Assembly: GCA_033764015.1 (NCBI GenBank)
Contig: JANRJK010000031.1
Location: 32,001-96,000, forward strand
From: Candidatus Sumerlaeia bacterium
GTDB lineage: Bacteria; Sumerlaeota; Sumerlaeia; SLMS01; JANRJK01
Reading direction: 5' to 3'
Length of the DNA: 64,000 nt
The notes below the pieces were generated by a model. It was not told the DNA's origin, ran no database searches, and saw only the letters and a list, made by a program, of their open reading frames with translations. The stretch's first letter is position 1, and each line of letters opens with the position of its first letter. Below, piece by piece: positions 55,275-64,000 of the stretch. The position numbers and the translations under genes were made by a program.

Positions 55275-57230
55275 TTAAGGCAGCGCGCCCGCCCGCTCCA
55301 GCAGCGCCCGCAGTTCCGCGTTGTCCGGCTGCAGCGCGTAGGCCTCGCGCGCGAAGCGCACCACCTCCGCGTTCTTGCCGAGCCGCGAGGAGGTGTTCAC
55401 AAGTTGCAGCAGCAGCGCCGGCCTCTTCGGAGCCAGCGCGTAGGCGCGGAGAAGGTGGCGCTCCGCCATGCGCCAATTCCCCAGCTCCACGCCGTAGTAG
55501 TCGTAGCCCACGCGCTGGTGGAAGGCGGCCAGCTCCGGATCGCCGGGGCGCGTGCGGCCGAGGAACTCGAGGTACTCGTCGATGTAGGCGACGTGCCGGA
55601 GGCGGATGAGGCGCTCGAACTCGGCGAGGAGCGGCGCCAGCTCGCGCGTCTCCTGGTACTCCAGCGCGCGCAGCCCCGCCTTCGCCTTCACCGCTTCGCC
55701 GTAGCGCGGGTAGATGGACAGCGAGCGGTCGACGAACCGCTCCGCCTCCGCGCGGACGGCGGCGCGCTCCTCCGCCGGCGCGCGGCCCTCGACGACGGAG
55801 CGGTACAGGTCGTAGCCGCGGAAGTGCATGGCGCGCGCGCTGTTCACCGAGACGGTGCTGGCGGCCTTGTTCAGCGCCTCGTTGTTCTCCCAAGCGGGTA
55901 CCCGCGTCCAAGTACGCACGGCGAAGAGCACCAGCACGGCCACAAGCGCGGCGTCGCGCGCGCGGGCCCACCGCGCCGGCGCCGCAGCCGCACCCGCCGC
56001 CGCCAGGAGGCACCAGTGCACCGACGGGATGAACAGGAACCGCTCGTTGATGAAGGTGCCGATGCCAAACACGATGTTCGAGTAGATGCTGAGCGTCGCG
56101 AAGTAGGACCACACGGCGAAGCCGGGGAGCTCGCGCCGCAGCAACCCGCGCAGCCCCCACGCCGCCAGCGCCAGGTGCGCCGCCAGCGGCAGCAGGAACC
56201 GCCACGAGTCCGGATCCACGATGGGGATCTGGTACGGGTAGTAGTCGTGCGTGAGCGGATGCGGCACGAAGAGCAGCTTGAGGTACATGCCGAGGCTGTA
56301 CGCGATGGTGGCCCACTTCTGCGGCGCGCTCATCTCGACGAACGGATCGTTCATCAAGTCCGTGGAGGCCTCGCCGCCGATGCCGCCCACGACGGAGTGC
56401 CGCCATGCGAACCAGGCCGCCGCGGCGAGCAGCAGCGGCGCCGTGCGCCACGCCAGCGCGCGCGGCCCCGCGCCCCGGAAGGTCCACAGCGCGAGCGGGA
56501 CGACGGCCAGGTGCGTGATGGCGGACTCCTTGCCCAGCAGGGCGAGGAAGTAGAGCGGCGCGGCCGCCGCCAGCCACTTGCCGCCGCCGCCGCTCCGCAG
56601 CACGCACCACAGCGCCGCCAGCGAGAAGCCGAGCGAGAGGATCTCGTCCCGGCTCTTGATGTTCGCCACCACCTCGACGTGCAGCGGATGCACCGCGTAG
56701 AGCGCCGCGGCGATGAACGAAACCCGTCGCCACCACGGGCCCGCGCCGTCCGCCGCGCCGAGCAGCGACGCCAGCACCCGCAGCAGCAGCGCGCAGAGAC
56801 CGGCGTACAACGCCACGTTGACGATGTGCGACGGGCCTGGCTTCATCTCGCCGAACACGCTGGTCTCGATGGCGAAGGTCACGAGCGACAGCGGGCGGTA
56901 GCGACCCCCCGCCAGCACGCCCTCGAGCGTCCCGCCCAGCATTCCCGCGAAGATGTCGGAGGTCAGGATGTCGGGGATCGCGGCGGCGCCGGCGCGCACC
57001 TGCTTGTTCTCGGTGATGACGATCGCGTCGTCCAGCGCGTAGCCGAAGGTCGCGGTGCGCCCGTAGAGCGCGGCGCACAGGAGCACCAGGACCAGCGACG
57101 CGCGCAGGAATTCCGCCGCGGTCCACAGCGTGCGCGCCGTCTCGGCGGGCGGCGGCGGCGGGGGCGCGGGCGCCTCCGGGGGTGGCGGCGCGGGGGGGGT
57201 CCGGGCGGGATGCTTCCTGCGGGGGGACAC
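55275..57230 (-). CDS. TMTC-like (DUF1736) GT-C protein O-mannosyltransferase with TPR tail
   Basis: ALDDAIVITEN, YRPL, HPLHVEVVANIKSRDE, LLGKESAIT, THDYYP, NERFLFIPS and TRVPAWEN. Start GTG 57230 is uncertain. Confidence 0.82.
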   Translation of the reverse strand: MSPRRKHPARTPPAPPPPEAPAPPPPPPAETARTLWTAAEFLRASLVLVLLCAALYGRTATFGYALDDAIVITENKQVRAGAAAIPDILTSDIFAGMLGGTLEGVLAGGRYRPLSLVTFAIETSVFGEMKPGPSHIVNVALYAGLCALLLRVLASLLGAADGAGPWWRRVSFIAAALYAVHPLHVEVVANIKSRDEILSLGFSLAALWCVLRSGGGGKWLAAAAPLYFLALLGKESAITHLAVVPLALWTFRGAGPRALAWRTAPLLLAAAAWFAWRHSVVGGIGGEASTDLMNDPFVEMSAPQKWATIAYSLGMYLKLLFVPHPLTHDYYPYQIPIVDPDSWRFLLPLAAHLALAAWGLRGLLRRELPGFAVWSYFATLSIYSNIVFGIGTFINERFLFIPSVHWCLLAAAGAAAAPARWARARDAALVAVLVLFAVRTWTRVPAWENNEALNKAASTVSVNSARAMHFRGYDLYRSVVEGRAPAEERAAVRAEAERFVDRSLSIYPRYGEAVKAKAGLRALEYQETRELAPLLAEFERLIRLRHVAYIDEYLEFLGRTRPGDPELAAFHQRVGYDYYGVELGNWRMAERHLLRAYALAPKRPALLLQLVNTSSRLGKNAEVVRFAREAYALQPDNAELRALLERAGALP

Positions 57231-57428
57231 GATTCGGGGGCTGCTTGCCTGTTGGGGTTTCGACGGAGACCTCCGGTTGCCGTTGACCGGTGCGGCACCG
57301 CCGTTCGGGTATAGGCAACGTGTCCCGGAAAGCGCGGGCAACGGCTGGCTGCGGCATGTCCCGCGGCGGCCCGAGCGCGCGCATCCCGGGTAAGGCACCC
57401 TTCCCCTCCGCATCAGGGCCCGTCGCCA

Positions 57429-58883
57429 ATGGCAGATACCAACTCCTACGCCGTCCTGGGGCTCCAAAAGGGAGCCGCGGAAGACGAGATCAAGCGCGCC
57501 TACATCGAGTTGGTGAAGAAGTACGATCCGGAGCGCCACACCGAGCGCTTCATGGTGATCCAGGCGGCGTACAACCGCCTTCGCGACGTCGAGGCCCGCG
57601 CCCGCGAGGATGTCGCCACGCTCAACGTCGTCCGCGCCGACTTCATGTTCTCCGCCGACGAGGACAAGTGGAACGGCGAGCCCCCCTCCGAGGAGGAGAC
57701 GGACGCGCTCCGCCATCCCTACCAGGAAAACCCCTCGGACGCCGCGGCCAAGGAGGCGCTCGCGAAGCACCTCCTGCTCGCCGGGCGCTCGCACATGCTG
57801 CGCAAGCAGTGGCCCGAGGCGATCAAGTACTGGAAGGAAGTCGTCGAGATCGACCCGACGCACATCCGCGCCCGCCACAACCTCTGCAACGGCTACATCT
57901 CCCTCGGCACCAGCTACGCCCTCCACATGCTGGACGAGGAGGCGATCGAGCTTTGGGAGGAGGCGGTGAAGCTCAACCCGGACCAGGTCGCGATCCTCCA
58001 CAACCTCGCGATCGTCTACGGGCGCCTCGGCAACTCGCCCAAGAGCGGCTTCTACTGGGCCGAAACGGTGAAGCGCTGGACCCGCAAGATGAATTCCGGC
58101 GGCACCGACTCGGACTACTTCCGCCACTGCATCATCGAAGTGCACCGCATGCACGGCGAGAAGATGGACTCCGCGCCGCAGGCGGCCTCCACCCGCTCCC
58201 CGTCGCCCGCCACCTCCAGCTCGACCTCCCGGGTCGACGTGCCGCGGCAGGTCTCCACCGTGCCGGCGCCCTCCAGCACCGCCGTCCCGCGCCAACGCGT
58301 GCCCGCCCCCTCCGGCGCCTCCGCGTCCCCCGTCGAGCCGACCGCCGGCGAAACGCGGCAGCTCACCATCAACCGCCTCCGCAAGATCCTCGAGCTCAAC
58401 TCCAAGGACGCCGACGCGCACTTCCAGCTCGTCCACGTCCTCATGGAGGAGGGGCAGTGGAACGACGCGGTGCGCGAACTGGACGCGCTCGCGCGCGAGC
58501 ACCCGAAGAACACCGAGGTGCTCAACCTGCGCGGGTGGTGCCTGCTCAACTCCGGGCAGGTGGACCCCGCGTTCTCGACCTGGCAGCGGGCGATGCTGCT
58601 GGATCCGAAGGATTCGAAGGTGCGGGAGTCGATGGTCCGCGCGCGGCTCATGGTCGGCAAGCAGCTCCGCGACAAGGGCCTCTTCACGCACGCGCTGGTG
58701 CACTTCAAGAGCCTGCTCCGCCTGCTGCCTCAGAGCGCCGAGGTCCACCTCGAGATCGCCGCCACCTACGACATGAAGGGCGACGTGCGCTCCGCGACGA
58801 ACGAATACCAGCAGGTCATGGCGCTCGATCCTAAGAACGCGATCGCGAAGAAGGCGCTGGTGGACCTGAAGATGAAGCGATGA
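57429..58883 (+). CDS. J-domain plus TPR co-chaperone with non-canonical DPE motif
   Basis: YAVLGL...EIKRAYIELVKKYDPERH..RFMVIQAAYNRLRD, then two TPR blocks separated by an S/T/P-rich linker. Confidence 0.85.
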   Translation: MADTNSYAVLGLQKGAAEDEIKRAYIELVKKYDPERHTERFMVIQAAYNRLRDVEARAREDVATLNVVRADFMFSADEDKWNGEPPSEEETDALRHPYQENPSDAAAKEALAKHLLLAGRSHMLRKQWPEAIKYWKEVVEIDPTHIRARHNLCNGYISLGTSYALHMLDEEAIELWEEAVKLNPDQVAILHNLAIVYGRLGNSPKSGFYWAETVKRWTRKMNSGGTDSDYFRHCIIEVHRMHGEKMDSAPQAASTRSPSPATSSSTSRVDVPRQVSTVPAPSSTAVPRQRVPAPSGASASPVEPTAGETRQLTINRLRKILELNSKDADAHFQLVHVLMEEGQWNDAVRELDALAREHPKNTEVLNLRGWCLLNSGQVDPAFSTWQRAMLLDPKDSKVRESMVRARLMVGKQLRDKGLFTHALVHFKSLLRLLPQSAEVHLEIAATYDMKGDVRSATNEYQQVMALDPKNAIAKKALVDLKMKR

Positions 58884-59413
58884 TCCGCGGGCTCCGGCGC
58901 TGGCTGTGGTGGGAGAGCTTCCCGGAGTCGCGGCTGCGCTTCGCCGAGGCCGCGGAGGCGCCCGACGGCGCGAGCTACGAGGGCCTCGCCGGCGCGCTGG
59001 TCGGGGAACTGGCCCGGGCGGAGGCGATGCTGAAGCGCCGCCAGGCCGCCGAAGGCGCCGCCCCCGCCTCGGAACGCGAAACGCTCGCGCTGATGCGCGG
59101 CATGCTTCCGACGCTCGATTCGCTCGACCGGATCATCGACTACATCGGACAGGCGGTGGCGCAGAATCCGGAACTCGAGAACTGGCTGACGTCGCTGACG
59201 GCGATGCGCACCAAATTCCTGCGGACGCTGGAGCAGGCGGGATTGACTCCGGTGAACTCCCTAGGGTCTAAGTTGGACCTCGATATGCACGAAGTTGTCC
59301 GTACCGTGCGCCGCGCCGGGACACCCCCCGACACGGTTGTCGAGGAGACGCAGAAGGCCTATCTCTACAAGGGCAAGCTACTGAGGGACGCGCGCGTCGT
59401 CGTGTCCCAGTGA
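58880..59413 (+). CDS. grpE: GrpE-like nucleotide exchange factor
   Basis: MLPTLDSLDR, LEQAGL, LDLDMHEVV and VVEETQKAYLYKGKLLRDARVVVS. ATGA overlap with the J gene. Confidence 0.8.
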   Translation: MIRGLRRWLWWESFPESRLRFAEAAEAPDGASYEGLAGALVGELARAEAMLKRRQAAEGAAPASERETLALMRGMLPTLDSLDRIIDYIGQAVAQNPELENWLTSLTAMRTKFLRTLEQAGLTPVNSLGSKLDLDMHEVVRTVRRAGTPPDTVVEETQKAYLYKGKLLRDARVVVSQ

Positions 59414-59438
59414 ATTCTATCCGGCAGGGGACTCCGCC

Positions 59439-61193
<1,755 letters not shown>

Positions 61194-61236
61194 CGCGGCG
61201 CCCCGCCTAACCGCGGCGACAGGACGCATCAGCAAG

Positions 61237-61273
61237 AAGGGACCGGGCCGAGCGCCCGGTCCCTTTCTTTTTT
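61237..61273 (+). terminator. Intrinsic terminator of the chaperone operon
   Basis: AGGGACCGGGC-CGAGC-GCCCGGTCCCT followed by TTCTTTTTT. Confidence 0.85.
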
Positions 61274-61292
61274 CCGTGCCGGCGCGGCCGCC

Positions 61293-61330
61293 AAAAGGAA
61301 CGGCGGGGGATGGTCGCCCATCCCCCGCCG
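61293..61330 (-). terminator. Intrinsic terminator of the HYR-domain gene
   Basis: CGGCGGGGGATGG-TCGC-CCATCCCCCGCCG, 13-bp stem, followed on the minus strand by TTCCTTTT. Confidence 0.75.
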
Positions 61331-61372
61331 GATTGACTGCGCGCGAAGCCGGGCGCGGGGCCCGGCGCGCCG

Positions 61373-64000
61373 TTACGGGGCGATTTCGATCTCCAGCGTG
61401 GGCCGGGCGTCGCCGCCCGCGTTGCCGCTGAAGAACCGGAGCAGGTCGCGCTCCGCGTCGCCGTTCGTCGGGGTCTCGAACCGGATGCGGAACTGCGCCT
61501 GGCCGCTGCGGTAGATCGCCGCGATCGCCTCCGGCGACAGCTCCCAGCAGACCTGGTCGCCGTCCGCGGCGGGGAACTCCGGCTCCACCGCCGTCGCGTC
61601 GGTGATCCACGCGTAGGAGGCGAAGTCCTCGAGTTCCAGCGCGTAGGAGTCGCCGAAGTTCACCGCCTGGTTCTGGCAGAGCGCCTCGACGTACAGCCGT
61701 CCCAGCGCCGAGGGATCGCCCACCACGCCCGCGCGCGTCATGCAGAGCCGCGCCGAGACGATGTTGCCGCCCGGGTAGATCGAACCGATCTGCGAGGTGT
61801 CGAAGGAAACCAGCAACTTCGTCTGCTGCCCGACCGCCGTGTCGCCGAGGTCCATCACCGCGTTCGAGTTGTCGCGCAGGTTGCCGACGAACGAACCGCG
61901 GGCGGACTCGGTGACCGAACCGTCGAAGTTCGGGTTCGAGTAGAGCGGATCGAGTTCCAGCGGAGCGCCGGAGCCGGTGCCGTTCAGCCCGCAGCCCACA
62001 TCCGTCGGCAGGATGTAGTTGAGCATCAGGTCGCTGCGCAGGAAGCGGTTCTGCGCGGTGTGGCCGCCGGCGCCGAACTGGATCGAGTCCTCGCCGTTGT
62101 CGCCGTCCGTCGGCAGCGTGGGCCGCAGGCGGAACTGGACGTTGCCGGAGACCGGGATGAAGATCCAGGAGGCCGGATCGAGCGGGACCATGATGGCCTC
62201 GCCGGGCTGGGCCGCGGCGAGCGTGGCCGCGGGAATCACGCCGACCGGCGTGAAGTCCGCGGCGGCCTCGAAGTCCGAAGCCGACCAGGACTGGCTGGCG
62301 CCGAAGAAGGGCGAGGCGAGTTCGACCACGAGGTCGCCGAGCGCCTCGACATTGCCCGTCTTGCGCTCGACCACGAGGCGCAGGTTCGCGTCCGTGATGC
62401 CGGCGCAGCCGAGATCCGTCACGTAGCCGAAGATCGCGCGCGTCTCGCGGTTCAGCGGCGTGTCGCCCACCGTGCCGCGGCGTCCCGAGATGAAGAGGCT
62501 CGCGCCGACGCCCGGCGTGGCGCCGGCGGTGATGAACGAGTCCTGCGAGAAGCTCGAGTCGAAGTCCGCCCGGCCGCCGTCGTCGGAGCCGATCATCACG
62601 TCGAAGGAGCAGGTCGCCGTGTTGCCGTCCCCGTCCTCGAGCGTCGCCGTCACCGTCGTGCAGCCGAGGTTGAAGAACGTCGGGAGGAACGACACCGTGA
62701 GGTAGTCCGGGCAATTGTCCGTGCCGAACACCGAGGCGTCGTCGGCCCAGCCGGCCGAGATCGGGTCGAAGCCGCCTTCCGCGTTCGCCGTCAGCACGCC
62801 GCCTGGGGGCAGGAACGAGTACGGCGGGCACTCCGTGAACGTCGGCGCGATCGCGTCGTTCACCGTCACGTCCACGAAGTACGAGTTCGAGTTCAGGCAA
62901 TCGTCCGTCACGATCACTTCGACGGTGTAGGTCTGGTTGAGGTCGGCGCAGTTGTAGCTGATAGTGCCGCCGAGGACTGCGGAAGGCTGGTTGCCGCACG
63001 AGTCCACAAGGTTCGCGACGAGGTCGTTGACCGACACCATTGCCGTTCCGGTCGCGTCGAGGAAGGCGTCGAACGTGGCGGGTACATCCGCCGTCGGCGC
63101 CGTGGTGTCCTCGATGGTGATCGTCTGCGACACCTGCGTCGAGTTGCCGCCGTTGTCGATGATGGTCCAGGTGCGCTCGATCTGGCCGACGCAGCTATCG
63201 CCGGAGAAGGAGTCGTCGAACGTGTTCGACGCGATGCCGCAGGCGTCGAACTCGATGAAGGGTTCGCCGGTGTTCGAGGGGTCGGTGCTCTCGCCGCACT
63301 CGATGGTGACGGGGAGCGGGGCGAAGGCGATCGGGCCGATGTTGTCCACGACGGTGACCGTCGCTTCGCACGTCGCCGTGTTGCCGTTCTCGTCCGTGAC
63401 GGTGAGGACCACGGGGACGTCGCCGACGTCGCCGCAGTTGAAGGTCGTCTGGGACGCGGAGCGGGAACCGAACAGGTCGAAGCCGCAGTTGTCGCTGCGC
63501 GAAGCCTCGAGCTGGGCCGGGAGGAGGATGCCGTTGCCGAAGAGGCCGAGGTTCACCGTCACGTTCTGGCAGGTGACCTGCGGCGCTTCCGCGTCCGTCA
63601 CCGTCACGTCGAACGTGCAGGTGGCGGAGTTGGCGCTCTCGTCGTCGAAGAACGTGTAAGTGACTGTGGTGGTGCCGATGGGGAAGAAGTCGCCGGAGTT
63701 GTGCGACTGCACCGTGGTGATCGTGCCGCCGCAATTCGACGTCGCGGTGGGCTCGGTCCAAGTCACAATGGCGCCGCAGTCGCCGGGGTCGTTGTCCACG
63801 GCGATGTTGGACGAGCAATCGGCGACCGTGGGCGCATCGAGGCAGGAGGGCGCGGTGCGGAATATCTCGAACGCCATGTTGCCCTGGGTCGCCTGCGCCT
63901 GCGTGGGCAGGCCGCAGTTCGTGGCGGGCGACCGGTAGTGGCCGCCGGCGGTGTCCGACTCGACCCAGTTGACGAAGTTGGTGACAGTTGCGCTACAGGC
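61373..64000 (-). CDS. Large Cys-rich surface protein with HYR-like repeats and two DNRLRE-like C-terminal domains, 5'-partial
   Basis: FPIGTTTVTYT...ATCTFDVTVTDAEAP repeats, ITDANLRL, IVSARLCM and RPTLEI. The frame stays open from 63877 to the window edge. Confidence 0.82.
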   Translation of the reverse strand, partial: ACSATVTNFVNWVESDTAGGHYRSPATNCGLPTQAQATQGNMAFEIFRTAPSCLDAPTVADCSSNIAVDNDPGDCGAIVTWTEPTATSNCGGTITTVQSHNSGDFFPIGTTTVTYTFFDDESANSATCTFDVTVTDAEAPQVTCQNVTVNLGLFGNGILLPAQLEASRSDNCGFDLFGSRSASQTTFNCGDVGDVPVVLTVTDENGNTATCEATVTVVDNIGPIAFAPLPVTIECGESTDPSNTGEPFIEFDACGIASNTFDDSFSGDSCVGQIERTWTIIDNGGNSTQVSQTITIEDTTAPTADVPATFDAFLDATGTAMVSVNDLVANLVDSCGNQPSAVLGGTISYNCADLNQTYTVEVIVTDDCLNSNSYFVDVTVNDAIAPTFTECPPYSFLPPGGVLTANAEGGFDPISAGWADDASVFGTDNCPDYLTVSFLPTFFNLGCTTVTATLEDGDGNTATCSFDVMIGSDDGGRADFDSSFSQDSFITAGATPGVGASLFISGRRGTVGDTPLNRETRAIFGYVTDLGCAGITDANLRLVVERKTGNVEALGDLVVELASPFFGASQSWSASDFEAAADFTPVGVIPAATLAAAQPGEAIMVPLDPASWIFIPVSGNVQFRLRPTLPTDGDNGEDSIQFGAGGHTAQNRFLRSDLMLNYILPTDVGCGLNGTGSGAPLELDPLYSNPNFDGSVTESARGSFVGNLRDNSNAVMDLGDTAVGQQTKLLVSFDTSQIGSIYPGGNIVSARLCMTRAGVVGDPSALGRLYVEALCQNQAVNFGDSYALELEDFASYAWITDATAVEPEFPAADGDQVCWELSPEAIAAIYRSGQAQFRIRFETPTNGDAERDLLRFFSGNAGGDARPTLEIEIAP

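Overview
High-GC bacterial chromosomal window with about 50 genes, mostly housekeeping or envelope functions. The pilin-like protein style and a C-terminal VxDWxL motif suggest Candidatus Sumerlaeota (BRC1) or a relative; this is an inference from recalled sequence style. Recognisable content: a DegT aminotransferase, a coupled operon (carboxypeptidase-regulatory repeat protein, LTxxQ protein, pilin-like protein), a CDF transporter, phhB, a group-2 mrp(A/B)CDEFG antiporter operon, a Ser/Thr kinase-TPR protein, lipA, ettA, two tandem DUF4139 genes, fur/znuA, cryptochrome DASH, a Gln-rich/NHL/VWA/MoxR operon, lysC, trxB, dacB, an isolated nusA, trpG/pabA, glycosyltransferases including a TMTC-like GT-C, and a partial HYR/DNRLRE-like surface protein. 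No rRNA, tRNA or CRISPR array was seen. Best leads: (1) a non-coding unit at about 30525-30772 with paired upstream palindromes, an AT tract, a sigma54 -24/-12 promoter, an ~87-nt three-way-junction RNA and an intrinsic terminator; (2) a specialised J-TPR (HPD replaced by DPE)/GrpE/Hsp70 triad whose Hsp70 linker is also altered; (3) a ~2.4-kb low-GC island encoding an NDT/TIR-like N-glycosidase and a UDG-fold protein, a possible defence locus; (4) a REP doublet beside a decayed IS200/RAYT transposase directly after moxR.
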